64,000 nt of DNA, from NCBI GenBank assembly GCA_965214705.1, contig CBDCCI010000002.1, forward strand, positions 224,001 to 288,000, read 5' to 3'. Below, piece after piece: positions 36,697 through 47,124 of this stretch (within the stretch, counting starts at the first letter, position 1; the number at the start of each line of letters is the position of its first letter). A model generated the notes under the pieces. It made no database searches, was not told where the DNA came from, and saw only the letters and a list, made by a program, of their open reading frames with translations. A program made the position numbers and the translations under genes. Origin of the DNA: Alphaproteobacteria bacterium (GTDB lineage Bacteria; Pseudomonadota; Alphaproteobacteria; UBA828).

Positions 36697-37203
36697 AGTT
36701 GAGCCGCGCAGCAGCAAGGGCGCATGTCCACCGCAGGACGACCGGATTGACATTCGTCGCACGCGTTCGCAGAAGCAACCGATGCGCACGGTCAACGAAG
36801 TCGCCGCAGTGGCGCTCGGCGCACCGGGCTACAGTCAGCTGAGTACGATGCGTGCGCGTGCCAGCGCCCTCGACGGACATCCATTGCAAGGGCAAGCGAT
36901 GGGAAACACCAGTGATCGGGATACCTGCGATCGGGATACCTTGACACTGCCGGGCCAGGGCAAATTTGTCCAAGCGGCTGGTAGGCAGTTGAGTTCTGGC
37001 CACGGGTTGTGCGGATCGGCTTTGTTGCGGGGTTTGCGGCGGGGTCTGGCCGAGCATCCGGTTCGGTCAGAGGGTTCTGGCATTACCGTGTGGGCGGTGC
37101 CGTCGCGATTTGGCGGTGCCCCGACATGATGGATCGCGCCACCGGCGTGGTCGGGAGCGAGGGCAGGTACGATCTTTGCGCCCGGCTTGCCGGGCGCCGG
37201 GGT

Positions 37204-37950
37204 TCAGGCCGGCGCGGCGCGCTTTGCGGTCCTCGGCTGGGTGTTCCCGGTCATTTTCAGGAAGTCGAGGACGGCGCGGACGTTGCGGGCGAGCCTGCGC
37301 ACGGTCGAGGCGACCTCGAGCCCCCGGCCCTTGATCAGGCCGATGGCGAAGCGCCGCAGGCGGGTCATGTTCTCGGGGCCGAAGCCTGTGCGTATGCGGC
37401 TGCGGTCCTCGTCCCAGGTCCAGTCGAGGCAGTGGTGCGAGCTGTTCTCGATGCACCAGTGGCCGCGGTTGAGGGCGAGCAGGCTCTGCGCGTTGGCCGT
37501 GCCGGGCGTGTGGCTGGAGATCCCGTAGGCGGTCTCGGTGCCGGTCTCGCCGGTCTTCTTGTCCTGGCGGGAGCGCTCGATCATGAAGACCTGGCCGACG
37601 CCCGGGAAGTCGAGAAAGCCGTTCAACTCCGTGCTCGTCCAGATTGCCCGCTGCTCGATGCGTCCGTGCGACAGCGCGGCCTCCTCCTCGAAGTCGGGCT
37701 CACGCTCCGGCGCCTCTTCGAAGAGCAGCGTCACATCGTCCCGCATGGTCTTCTGGTTCCCTTTCACGATGAACATGAAGTGCGCGCCCCGGTCGAGCAG
37801 ATAGCGGGCGAACTTGCGCTGGGTTAGCAGCGCGTCCGTCGTGACCGTCTTGCCCGCGATGTTCGGGATCAGGTCCACCAGCGCCGTCACGGTGCCGATC
37901 TCGTTGGTGCGCTTTGTCTCCTCGTCGGCCCCGACTTTCAGGAGAAGTTT
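37204..37950 (-). CDS. ISAs1 transposase C-terminal frame (-1 relative to upstream ORF)
   Basis: TNEI, TTDALLTQR, VKGNQ, HGRIEQR, RGHWCIEN, WDEDRSR. Confidence 0.88.
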   Translation of the reverse strand, partial: KLLLKVGADEETKRTNEIGTVTALVDLIPNIAGKTVTTDALLTQRKFARYLLDRGAHFMFIVKGNQKTMRDDVTLLFEEAPEREPDFEEEAALSHGRIEQRAIWTSTELNGFLDFPGVGQVFMIERSRQDKKTGETGTETAYGISSHTPGTANAQSLLALNRGHWCIENSSHHCLDWTWDEDRSRIRTGFGPENMTRLRRFAIGLIKGRGLEVASTVRRLARNVRAVLDFLKMTGNTQPRTAKRAAPA

Positions 37951-38996
37951 TTTTGGGCGAGCGTGGCCTTGGTCTCGTGCCCGACCGCGCTCATGACATG
38001 AGCCTGGGTCCCGTCCTCGTCGATGGCCCCCCTCAGGGTCTTGCCGTCGATGGCAAGCGCCGCGTCGCCTGAGCCGTGGGCCTCCTGCCACTTGCGCAAC
38101 GCCTCGTCCAACTGGTCCGGGTCCACCCGGATCACCACATTGCGGATGGTCGACATCGAAGGCGGCCGGCGCACCCCGTCGCGCAGCCGCACGCCGAAGC
38201 GGGCCAGCGCCTTCTCGCCGAGATCGTCGACCCACTCGGAGATGGCCTTCCAGCCTCGCATGCCGCAGAGCGTCGCGCCACTCGCAAGCGCGAGCACGCT
38301 GGGCAGCGAATGCCGCCGTCCCTTGCGCGTGCGGGGGTCGTCGATGTCCTTGAAGTAGGCGTAGAGCGACTCTTGCTGAGCGGCGCTGATCATGGTTCTC
38401 GGAACTCCTTTCTTCCACAACTCCCGATCCAGCCCGGCAGCGGACAGCCGGCGGCAGGCGTCGGGAACCAGGGGGCGCAGCAGCACAAGCTTCGGCGTCG
38501 AGCCGGCGACATAGCCCGAGCGGTGGCGCCGGAAGCCGCGGGTCTGGCCGACCGCCAGCCATCCAGCCGCCCGGTAGACCGTGCCCCGGAACCTCGCCGC
38601 GTCCACGAATGTTTCCAGCATCAGCACGGGGTGGCCGAAGCGGGCCGGCCAGTCGCGCGCCAAGCGCCGCGCGCAAAGCCCCAGCACCCGCGAGCCGAGG
38701 TTCGGAACACCCCGTCCCGGCAGGATCAGGAAGCGCGCGTTGTTCGCGATCAGATGCAGCCGCCCGTGCTGCGTGCGGAAGTCCCAGCCGATCCACTCGT
38801 CCCGCGCCCGGCACTTGCGCGCCGCAGCCGAAAACACGGCCAGCGCCAGCCACTCGCCGCGCCGATGGGCGACGTACCACGCCGTCGCCCCCACCTTCGC
38901 AGACGCACCCAGGTAGTGATGCCCCTCCATCAGCGCGCGGAACCGGGCCTCGTCCTGCGGCCGGACAGCAGCGACATCGACCTCGGAAAGATCCAC
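37938..38996 (-). CDS. DUF4338 (DruA-like) domain fused to ISAs1 transposase N-terminus
   Basis: HHYLG, RDEWIGW, NNARFLILP, LETFVD..RFRGTVYRAAGW, then DPRTRKGRRHSL and AIDGKTLRG; start uncertain. Confidence 0.86.
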   Translation of the reverse strand: MDLSEVDVAAVRPQDEARFRALMEGHHYLGASAKVGATAWYVAHRRGEWLALAVFSAAARKCRARDEWIGWDFRTQHGRLHLIANNARFLILPGRGVPNLGSRVLGLCARRLARDWPARFGHPVLMLETFVDAARFRGTVYRAAGWLAVGQTRGFRRHRSGYVAGSTPKLVLLRPLVPDACRRLSAAGLDRELWKKGVPRTMISAAQQESLYAYFKDIDDPRTRKGRRHSLPSVLALASGATLCGMRGWKAISEWVDDLGEKALARFGVRLRDGVRRPPSMSTIRNVVIRVDPDQLDEALRKWQEAHGSGDAALAIDGKTLRGAIDEDGTQAHVMSAVGHETKATLAQKNFS

Positions 38997-39255
38997 CGTA
39001 GAAACCGTCCCCCTGCTCGAAGCCGATCCGCAGCAGAACACCGCGAATCCAGTCGCCTCAATCCATAGCAGGGTTGGCGCGCGCTGACCAGACCCAAGGT
39101 CAACTCGTAGCGCAGAACTCAAAAATCAGGCTTGGACAAATTCGCCCTGCTGCCGGGGCAAAGACATATCTTCCCTCGCGAGGCGCAGGCATGTCTTGCC
39201 CTCTTTCCGAGGCCCGCGTTCCGGCGCGGGCTTTCGTGTTTCTGGAGGCCGGACG

Positions 39256-39406
39256 GTGACGTTGTTCGCCTATCTCGACGAGTTCGGACACGTCGGCCCT
39301 TACGTTGCTCGCCAGGACCCCAGATACAAGGAGAGCCCGTTGTTCGGACTGGCGGGCTTCGTCCTTCCGGCGGAAGCGGTACGGGGTTTCGGGACTTGGT
39401 TCTTTC
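39256..39406 (+). pseudogene. DUF3800-like gene, 5' part (interrupted by IS66)
   Basis: GGAGG RBS; AYLDEFGHVGPY..SPLFGLAGFVLP..WFF; rejoins in frame with 62328 onward after removing IS66 and one TSD. Confidence 0.82.
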
Positions 39407-39496
39407 GTAAGCGGTATCGAGGCCCCATACTTCCAACGCATCTGATTTCGCGGCTGACTCTTGGCCTTGGCAAGGAGCCTTGGAGGAGGCATCGCG

Positions 39497-40099
39497 ATGA
39501 AGGATTTGGATTTTCTGCGTGGCCACGAGTTCGGCGGTCACTCGGTCGAGGCGCGAGCGCCTGAAGAGGCCGCCCCATCTGCCGCAGCCCCATCTACGGC
39601 AACTGTTCCGGCTGATCACACTCGGCGGTCATGGTCCGCCGAGGAGAAGGCACGGATCGTCGCGGAGAGCGACGGGCCGGGAGTTGTGCAGAAGGAGGTC
39701 GCGGCTCGCCACGGCATCAGCGCACAAACTCTTCGTCAGTGGCGCAGTCGGTCAGCGGCTTCCGGGAAGCGGCGTGGCCGGCCTTGGCCGGCTGATGTGA
39801 GGGCGCGGATTGTTGCGGAGAGCGAGCGCCCGGATGCATCGATATCGGCAGTTGCCCGCCGTCACGGCATCAGCGAGAAGACGCTGCGCACCTGGCGTCG
39901 CCAGGCGGCGAGTGACGCTGGTGGCGATCGGCAGGGAGCCGGGTCTTCGCCCCCCTATATTCCGGTTGTAGTTGACGGGTCTGCGTCCGAGCGGACGGTC
40001 GCGATTGAGGCGCTGGGCGTCGTCGTTCGCCTTCCGGTGGAGAGCGCGGTCGATCGGATCGTGGCTGTGGCCTCGGGCCTGGGTCGTGCGTCGTCATGA
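39497..40099 (+). CDS. tnpA: IS66 TnpA with two tandem HTH units
   Basis: RRSWSAEEKARIVAES..VAARHGIS..LRQWR and RPWPADVRARIVAES..VARRHGIS..LRTWR; GGAGGAGG RBS. Confidence 0.87.
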   Translation: MKDLDFLRGHEFGGHSVEARAPEEAAPSAAAPSTATVPADHTRRSWSAEEKARIVAESDGPGVVQKEVAARHGISAQTLRQWRSRSAASGKRRGRPWPADVRARIVAESERPDASISAVARRHGISEKTLRTWRRQAASDAGGDRQGAGSSPPYIPVVVDGSASERTVAIEALGVVVRLPVESAVDRIVAVASGLGRASS

Positions 40100-40446
40100 T
40101 CGCGGTGCCCTCGCTTCGCATCGTGTTGGCGGCGCGGCCGGTTGATTTTCGTCGCGGCCACGACGCGCTTGCGGCGACGGCGGCGAGGGAGCTGGACCTC
40201 GATATCTATTCCGGGGTGATCGTGATCTTCCGCTCGCGCCGCGGCGACAGGCTCAAGCTTCTCACCTGGGACGGGACCGGTCTGGTGATGACCTACAAGC
40301 GTCTGGAGCAAGGCCGCTTCGCCTGGCCCCGGATCGAGGACGGTGTGATTCGCCTTACGAAGGGCCAGTTCGAGGCTCTCTTCGAGGGCCTCGACTGGCG
40401 CCGGGTGAAGGCCCGCCCGGTTCGCCGCCCGCTGGCGGCGGAGTGA
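40096..40446 (+). CDS. tnpB: IS66 accessory protein TnpB
   Basis: PVDFRRGHDAL, FRSRRGDRLKLLTWDGTGL..KRLEQGRFAWP. Confidence 0.93.
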   Translation: MIAVPSLRIVLAARPVDFRRGHDALAATAARELDLDIYSGVIVIFRSRRGDRLKLLTWDGTGLVMTYKRLEQGRFAWPRIEDGVIRLTKGQFEALFEGLDWRRVKARPVRRPLAAE

Positions 40447-40539
40447 GGCGAGACGCAGGCGGGGCCGCAGATTTTTGTCGAGGTCCCGCCTGCACTTTTC
40501 CCTGGTCACGCATTGGCGAATCGGATTAAGGGAGCGGCC

Positions 40540-41737
40540 ATGCCGAAGGTCACGCCCTCACCCCTCAGCAGCGCCGGTTAGCCGTCGCCTGCGGTGGTTT
40601 CGGCGGCGCTGGCGACCCTGCAGGCGGAGCTTGCCGAGGAGCGCGTGGCGCGCCGTGCGACCGAAGCAGCCCTATGCGAAGCGGAGCAGGCACGCGGCGC
40701 GGCGGAGGCGGCGAGGCAGACGGCGGAAGCGCGGGCGGCACGGCTGGAGGCCGAGAACGCGCACAGCGCGGAGCAGATCAGCCGGCTTGAGCATCTCAAC
40801 AAGGAGCTCAGGAAGGCGCTGTTCGGTCCGCGCTCCGAGAAGCTCAACGAGGACGAGCGCCAGCTTACGTTCGAGGAGTTTTGGGCGGCGATCGCTGAAG
40901 CCGGCGGTCGGCCCGAGGCAGATGACCAGGAGCAGGACGAGGGGGCTGGCGGCAAGCGCCGGCGGCGCTCTTCCCGGGGGTCGCGCAGCGGGGTGCGCTT
41001 CGGGCCCCAGGTCGACCGGCGCGAGGAGGTGATCGAGCCGGACACGATCATGTGCCCCTGCGGCTGCGGCGAGATGACGAAGATCGGCGAGGACCGCAGC
41101 GAGCGGCTGGACTATGAGCCGGCGAAGTTCACCGTCATCGAGACCGTGCGCCCCCGCTACGCCTGCAACAAGTGCAAGGGCGGCGGGGTGGTGCAGGCGT
41201 CGGCGCCCGCCGCTCTGGTCGAGGGCGGCCTTCCCACCGAGGCTCTTCTGGCGCAGGTGCTGATCGCGAAGTACGGCGATCATTGCCCGCTCTACCGTCA
41301 GTCGCAGATTTACGAGCGCTCGGGGATCGAGGTTCACCGTGCGACGCTGGCGACCTGGGTGGGGCAGGCGTCGTTTCACCTGCGCCCCGTGGTCGCTTGC
41401 CTGAAGGATGAGCTGAAGAAGTCGGATCACCTGGGTCTGGACGAGACCACGATCCGCGTTCTCGACCCGGGCCGGGGCAAGACGAAGACGGGCTACATGT
41501 GGACCCTTGTGCGCGACGAGCGCCACTGGAGCGGCGCCGACCCGCCGGGCGTTGTCTATCGCTATGAGCCCGGTCGCGGCGGCAAGTATGGCGCCAGGCT
41601 CTTGAAGGGCTTTTCGGGGACGGTGCAGCTCGACGCCTACTCGGGCCACAACATCCTGGCGCGGCCGGACCGGCCCGGCGGCCCCGTGACGCGGGCTCTG
41701 TGCTGGGCGCACGTCAGGCGCAAGCTGAAAGAGGTGT
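40540..41737 (+). pseudogene. tnpC: IS66 transposase TnpC, 5' part
   Basis: FGPRSEKL, CPCGCG, KYGDHCPLYRQ, LDETT, DAYSG, CWAHVRRKLKEV; in-frame TAG at 40579 after ATG 40540; broken at 41737. Confidence 0.9.
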
Positions 41738-42109
41738 GAACCTTATAGTCGCTATTTGCGGTACCATTGCGCTGACGTAGGGTTGCAGTCTTCTCCTGTA
41801 TCGTTGCTATAATACAACGACTTAGGGTCCTTGTCAAGGGCGGATTGGGCCGGATCGAATAACACAGATGTGGATCGTGTGTCGTTGAGGAGTTGCATTT
41901 GGGGATGTCAATATGGAATCAGGCTTGTGACATCGGTGTGGTCCAGTTGGCGCGGAAGCTCGAATCGGTGAGCAACATAGAAACGATATGACATATCCCG
42001 GTCATGAGAACTATCGTAGGCATATTCGTGAATCAACTTCCGGATGCAGGATCCACTGTGTCGCAACCGCTGCAAGCCCTTTCGTGCGGATGGCGGCGAT
42101 GAGGGAGGA

Positions 42110-42451
42110 TGCCAGCGGACGCCGCCAGCGCGCGGTGATGAGACCGATGCGGAGTGGCAACGGATCGGCCGGGCAGCTGCGGCGAGCGGCATGGATCGCG
42201 CTTCGTGATCCATCGCGCGCTGGACCGGGACTCTCTGGGGCCGGAGGTTCTGCGCCGGGCGGTGCGCGAGATGCTGGTGCTGTCCAGGCTGGAGAGGGCG
42301 GCTGCGCGAGACCGGCGCCGGAGAAGACTGGGCAGACGCCTGTGACGCGGTGGACGAATGGATCGACCGGGAGGGCATGCTGGACCGGCTGACCAATCCC
42401 GGCGCGGCGAACCGCTGGAAGGCGGTGGGTCCGGCTGAGGAGGACGGGTAG
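42110..42451 (+). pseudogene. Frameshifted MobC-like/RHH remnant
   Basis: Fragments TDAEWQRIGRAAAASGMD and SRFVIHRALDRDSLGPEVLRRAVREMLVL in different frames. Confidence 0.35.
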
Positions 42452-42469
42452 TGACGGAGGAGGCGGGGC

Positions 42470-42634
42470 GGCCCACCGCCTCCGCCATGCCGACGGATAT
42501 CGTGCCGGGAGCGCAGCCGAGGTCGAGAAGGCGTATGTCGCGCTTGAGGTGCGGCAGCAGATGAGCGGCGTTCACAGCCGCGTTCCTGCGTTCGAGCACT
42601 TTCTGGAATTCGGGGCCGTGACCTCCATTGTGCA
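42470..42634 (-). pseudogene. Class I SAM-dependent methyltransferase N-terminal remnant
   Basis: EFQKVLERRNAAVNAAHLLPHLKRDIRLLDLGCAPGTISVGMAEAV; no intact start or C-terminus. Confidence 0.6.
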
Positions 42635-42872
42635 GGTGAGCCTCGACGCGTCCGGAGTCTCGTTGGGGCCCATCGACAGCTCCCTGTCTGAGTTGCCTCG
42701 GCATTGCTGCGCGCCACCGAATGCACCGAACCGCATCCCGCGGTTGCATGCACCGGCGCGCAGCCGGCGTCGCCAAGCGCTCCCATGTACCCGGCTGCCT
42801 ATAGATGCCGACAGATTCTGCGATCGCAGACGCCTTGGATGGACGAACAAGAAAATGAATTCCGCCTGCATC

Positions 42873-42893
42873 ATGCGACCGGATTTGACGCAT
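42873..42893. promoter_or_regulatory. Putative DriD-like WYL operator upstream of AAA+ ATPase
   Basis: ATGCGAC-N7-GACGCAT (6/7 inverted repeat), 41 bp before ATG 42935; resembles the Caulobacter DriD site as I recall it (ATACGAC-N7-GTCGTAT). Confidence 0.6.
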
Positions 42894-42934
42894 CTCTCTG
42901 CCAGACTGCCTCCGCATCACATATGGAGACAGTC

Positions 42935-45019
42935 ATGCCGACCGCCTATGAACGCCATCTCATAGCATCTTATCTCTCCAACGCTGCGGGGCGGCTTCAC
43001 CACCGCGACCGGGAAGCGTCCGCCCTGGCGGAATGGATCGCCGACCGCGACAACCGTTCTGCGTACGACCGAAGGAAGGACTTGTACTCTCGCCTTGTTC
43101 GTCTGGACCTCGAACTTGAGGAGCCCGTATCCGCACGACAGTTGCGCTGCTTGAAACAGGTCCTGCGCGATGAGTGCGCGGCCACGAAGGGAACGAAGCT
43201 CGACCGGACCGGGCAACGCCTCCGCCGCCTTGGGGAGGCCACGGGCCTCGAGGCCATCGACGTCGACATCCTGGAGCTGCTGCTGCGCTACCGGACGCAG
43301 CCGGTGATCGAGTCACTGGTCGACGACATCTTCCTCCACGCCAACAGGCGGGGGATACGTCTCAACGTCAGGGGCACGGCCGTTTCCACCCTTCTCGGCG
43401 TATCCGCCAGCGCCGTTCAGCGCCGTCTCACGACCGGGGCGCCGCTGGTGAGCTCGGGGCTTGTCGCCATCGACAGCGACGGCGACGTGACGGCCGTCGA
43501 CCGGCTGCGGCGGCTGGCCACGGTTCCCGACAGCGCCGGCCTCGACGTGAACCGCCTGCTGCTCGATGCCGCGCCCCCGAGCGAGCTTGAGTGGTCCGAC
43601 TTCGATCACATCGCCGAGGGGCGCGATCATATCGAGCGGCTGATCCGGGGCGCACTGCACGCCGGAGCGGCGGGCGTGAACGTGCTCCTCTACGGCCCGC
43701 CGGGAACCGGCAAGACGGAGTTTTGCAAGGTGCTGTCCGGGCGGCTCGGCGTAACCCTCCACAGCGTCGGAGAAGCCGACGACGACGGCGACGAGCCCAG
43801 CCGCCGCGAGCGGCTGCAGGAGCTTCGGCTCGCCCAGCGACTTCTCAGGCGCAACCGCGGCTCGCTGCTGCTGTTCGACGAGATGGAGGACCTGCTGTCC
43901 GACCACGCCGCCCGCGGACTCTTCCTTTTCGGGCAGCCGCTCTTCGCCGGCGCCCGCGACGGAAGCTCCAAGGTGTACATGCACAGGCTGCTCGAACGGG
44001 CGCCCGCGCCGACGCTCTGGACAATGAACGATGCCCGTTCGATCAGCCAGGCGCTCCTGCGGCGCATGATGTTCGCGCTGGAGCTGCGCCCGCCGACGGC
44101 GGCGGTGAGGGCGCGCATCTGGACCCGGCAGCTTGAGCATCACGGCATTGAGGCCGGGCCGGACGAGGCCCATGCCCTTGCGCAGGAGTTCGCCGCGACC
44201 CCCGGCGTTGCGGCCGGCGCCACCGCCGCGGCGCAGATCTCCGGCGGCGGCATCGACACGGTCCGGCGCGGGGTACTCGGCCTGTCCCGGGTGCTCTCCT
44301 GCGAGATGCCGTCCCAGGGAACGCCGCCGCTCTTCGACCCCGCGCTGATCCGGGCCGATATCGACCCGGTCGCGCTCGCCGACAGCCTCGCCGCCGCCGG
44401 GAGCCTGCGCTTCTCCCTCTGCCTTCAGGGGCCGCCCGGCACCGGCAAGAGCGCCTTCGTCCGCTATCTCGCCGAGCGCATGGGGCTGGAGGTGATGCAG
44501 AAGAGGGCCTCGGACCTGACGTCCATGTGGGTCGGGGAGACCGAGAAGGAGATCGCTGGCGCTTTTGCCGAGGCCCGCGACACCGGCGCCTTCCTGGTCT
44601 TTGACGAGGCGGATTCGCTGCTCGCCGACCGCCGCTTCGCCCGGCAGGGCTGGGAAGTCAGCCGGGTGAACGAGATGCTGACCTGGATGGAGAGCCATCC
44701 TCTGCCCTTCGCCTGCACCACCAACTTCGCCGAGCACCTGGACGCGGCAACGCTGAGGCGCTTCGTGTTCAAGGTTGCGCTCGACTACCTCTCGCCGGAG
44801 CAGGTCGAGACGGCGTTCCGGGCATACTTCGGTGTCACGCCGCCGGCGCGGGCCGCGGCGCTCACCGCGCTGACCCCCGGCGATTTCGCGGTGGTGCGGA
44901 AGAAGGCCGAATTCCTCGGCCGGCTGGAGGATCCTGACGCGCTGGCCGCGATGTTGAGCGCCGAGTGCGGCGCCAAGCCGGACCGGCCCCGACCGGTCGG
45001 CTTCAACTCTTCGCTGTAG
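42935..45019 (+). CDS. Double-domain AAA+ ATPase
   Basis: Walker A GPPGTGKT and GPPGTGKS; Walker B LLFDEMED and LVFDEADS; TTN..LDAATLRRF; C-terminal VGF; GGAG RBS. Confidence 0.92.
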   Translation: MPTAYERHLIASYLSNAAGRLHHRDREASALAEWIADRDNRSAYDRRKDLYSRLVRLDLELEEPVSARQLRCLKQVLRDECAATKGTKLDRTGQRLRRLGEATGLEAIDVDILELLLRYRTQPVIESLVDDIFLHANRRGIRLNVRGTAVSTLLGVSASAVQRRLTTGAPLVSSGLVAIDSDGDVTAVDRLRRLATVPDSAGLDVNRLLLDAAPPSELEWSDFDHIAEGRDHIERLIRGALHAGAAGVNVLLYGPPGTGKTEFCKVLSGRLGVTLHSVGEADDDGDEPSRRERLQELRLAQRLLRRNRGSLLLFDEMEDLLSDHAARGLFLFGQPLFAGARDGSSKVYMHRLLERAPAPTLWTMNDARSISQALLRRMMFALELRPPTAAVRARIWTRQLEHHGIEAGPDEAHALAQEFAATPGVAAGATAAAQISGGGIDTVRRGVLGLSRVLSCEMPSQGTPPLFDPALIRADIDPVALADSLAAAGSLRFSLCLQGPPGTGKSAFVRYLAERMGLEVMQKRASDLTSMWVGETEKEIAGAFAEARDTGAFLVFDEADSLLADRRFARQGWEVSRVNEMLTWMESHPLPFACTTNFAEHLDAATLRRFVFKVALDYLSPEQVETAFRAYFGVTPPARAAALTALTPGDFAVVRKKAEFLGRLEDPDALAAMLSAECGAKPDRPRPVGFNSSL

Positions 45020-45106
45020 CGGCGCAAGCCGTCCCGGGTTCCGTGTCCCGCCATCCCCCGCTAGGGTGACGGGCGCGGAACCCGCAGGCTCGGGAGAGGA
45101 GGCCCG

Positions 45107-46120
45107 GTGCGCTACGAGGGGCTGACGAACATCGTGAAGCTGGCCATTCGCATGCAGGGTCTGCGCGGCGGCATGACGCTCGACGGCATCCGGTCGGAGT
45201 TCGGCGTCAGCCGGCGCACGGCCGAGCGCATGCGCGACGCGGTCGAGCAGGCCTTCGGACCGCTGGAGATTGCCGAGAGCGACGACAACAGGCGCCATTG
45301 GCGGCTGCGCTCGGACGCGCTCCGCCGTCTCGCCCGGGTCTCGGCCGCCGAGCTGGCGGACCTCGCCGCCGCGGCCGACACCCTGGACGGCACCGGATTC
45401 GGCGAGCGCGCATCGGCGCTGCGGGAGTTGGACACCAGGCTGCGGGCCACCCTGCACGCGGACTCGCTCGCTCGCATCGAGGCCGATATCGAGGCGCTGA
45501 CGCAAGCCGAGGGCCTCGCCATGCGTCCGGGTCCCAGGCCGCAGGTGGACAAGGGTCTGCTCGCCATTCTCCGCGAGGCGATCGTCGGCTGCCGCTTGGT
45601 CGAGTTCCGCTACCTGTCTCAGTCCACGGGACGGCGCAGCCGCCAACTGATCGAGCCTTACGGGCTGCTCTACGGCAACCGCCCCTTCCTGGTGGGGCGG
45701 ACCGGCTGGACTCATGGCATGCGGCTGTGGCGTCTCGCGAACATGAGGAAGGCGCGCGTGACGGGCGAGAGCTTCGCCCGCGACCCGGACTTCGATCTGG
45801 AGGCCTATGCCCGGCGTTCCTTCGGCACCTTCCAGGAGGAACCGGTGGACGTGGTGCTGCGCTTCGCCGCCGGGGCGAAGCGGGACGCGTCCGCATTCCT
45901 CTTCCACCCCGGTCAGTCCGCCGAAGAGAACGCCGACGGCACGCTCACGGTCCGCTTCGCCGCCGGCGGCATCGACGAGATGTGCTGGCACCTCGTCACC
46001 TGGGGCGAGAGCGTCACCGTGGAAGAACCCGACCGCCTCCGCCACCGCCTCGCCGCCATGTGCTCGGCGCTGGCCGCGCATCATGGCCTCGATCAAACAG
46101 CGCCGGGAGATCGCAGATGA
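45107..46120 (+). CDS. HTH-WYL-WCX transcriptional regulator, DriD-like
   Basis: GMTLDGIRSEFGVSRRTAERMRDAV, MRPGPRP, EPYGLLYGNRPFLVG, WRLANM, FLFHPGQ, EMCWHLVTWG. Confidence 0.9.
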   Translation: MRYEGLTNIVKLAIRMQGLRGGMTLDGIRSEFGVSRRTAERMRDAVEQAFGPLEIAESDDNRRHWRLRSDALRRLARVSAAELADLAAAADTLDGTGFGERASALRELDTRLRATLHADSLARIEADIEALTQAEGLAMRPGPRPQVDKGLLAILREAIVGCRLVEFRYLSQSTGRRSRQLIEPYGLLYGNRPFLVGRTGWTHGMRLWRLANMRKARVTGESFARDPDFDLEAYARRSFGTFQEEPVDVVLRFAAGAKRDASAFLFHPGQSAEENADGTLTVRFAAGGIDEMCWHLVTWGESVTVEEPDRLRHRLAAMCSALAAHHGLDQTAPGDRR

Positions 46121-46386
46121 AATACCGCGTGACACTGGCGGACGCACCGCCCGACACGGCAAATTCGTTCTGATTTTCGCCGCTGGCTGACGGCACTCAA
46201 TCATGCTCCACCCGCTTTCGTTGAGGACCTTGCAGGGCTGGCCACCGGATTTGGCCGCCATCGCGCCGCCGCATAGCGCTGCCCTTGGCCGCGAGGGTCG
46301 AGCACGGCTTCATCTGAACATGACCGCTCGCCCCCGGCGTTCCGAGGGTTGGCGTCGCGGCGATGGACGCGGCCCGGAGGGGGCGG

Positions 46387-47124
46387 TCAGCTGGGCGCTG
46401 TCCGCGGAGCGACGTTGTCGGTCATTTTCAGGAAGTCGAGAAGCCGCCTCGGTTTCCTGGCCAGATTGCGCATGGTCTCGGCGACAGCGAGCCCGCGCCC
46501 CTTGATAACGCCGATGGCGAAGCGCCGCAGCAGGGTCATGTTCTCCGGACCGTAGCCTGAACGGATACGGCATCGGTCCTCGTCGAAGCTCCAGTCGAGG
46601 ATGTGATGGGCCGCCTCGATGGTCCAGTGCCCGCGATTGAGGGTGAGCAGGCGTTCCGGCGATGCGGCCTGCGCACTCAGGCTGGTGACGCCGTAAGCCG
46701 TCTCGCAGCTTCTCTTCCCGGATTTGACGTGCCGGGTTTCGCGCCGCACGGCGAAGACCTGTCCGACGCCGGGGAAGTTGAGGTAGTCGTTGAGCTCGCT
46801 GGAGACCCAGATGGAGCGCCGCTCGCGGCGGCCGTGCTCGGGCTTGGGGCTCTCGTCCGCGAAGTCCGGCGCGCGGCCTGCGATGGCCTCATCGAGAGTG
46901 AGCCGGATGTCGTCGAGCAAGGTGGGCTGGTTGCCCTTGACGGTGAACAGATAGTCGGCGCCGCGGTCGCGCAGATAGGAGGCCAGCGCGCGCTGGGTGA
47001 GCAGAGCATCGGCGGTGACGGTGCGGCCCGCGATGTCGGGCACCGTCTCGAGCAGGGGGATGATGGTGCCGATCTCGTTGGTGCGCTTCTCCCCGTCGTC
47101 GGCGTCGGGCCTCATGCCGACTTT
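46387..47124 (-). CDS. ISAs1 transposase C-terminal frame (-1)
   Basis: TNEI, TADALLTQR, VKGNQP, HGRRERR, RGHWTIE, FDEDRCR. Confidence 0.88.
   Translation of the reverse strand, partial: KVGMRPDADDGEKRTNEIGTIIPLLETVPDIAGRTVTADALLTQRALASYLRDRGADYLFTVKGNQPTLLDDIRLTLDEAIAGRAPDFADESPKPEHGRRERRSIWVSSELNDYLNFPGVGQVFAVRRETRHVKSGKRSCETAYGVTSLSAQAASPERLLTLNRGHWTIEAAHHILDWSFDEDRCRIRSGYGPENMTLLRRFAIGVIKGRGLAVAETMRNLARKPRRLLDFLKMTDNVAPRTAPS

Larger units (their letters stand above)
36956..39149 (-). mobile_element. ISAs1-family insertion sequence with DUF4338-fused, frameshifted transposase (copy 1)
   Basis: Terminal IRs CAGGGCAAATTTGTCCAAG / CAGGGCGAATTTGTCCAAG (18/19); flanks CTGCCGGGC and CTGCCGGGG as near-perfect target duplication. 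Confidence 0.9.

Noticed and set aside
23649-36795. Very long minus-strand ORFs (1398, 1357, 610, 1025 aa)
   Set aside because: Antisense shadows of high-GC tra genes; low-complexity Arg/Ala/Pro-rich translations without motifs
23084-40581. In-frame TAG codons in traU (23084) and tnpC (40579) as evidence of amber recoding
   Set aside because: TAG ends many intact genes here (3926, 23830, 27995, 36696, 45019), and the traU case is a single TGG>TAG change at a conserved Trp
46233-46260. Exact left IR and TSD of ISAs1 copy 2
   Set aside because: Only CAGGGC and a displaced CGGATTTG match, and the flanks are not duplicated; boundary left uncertain
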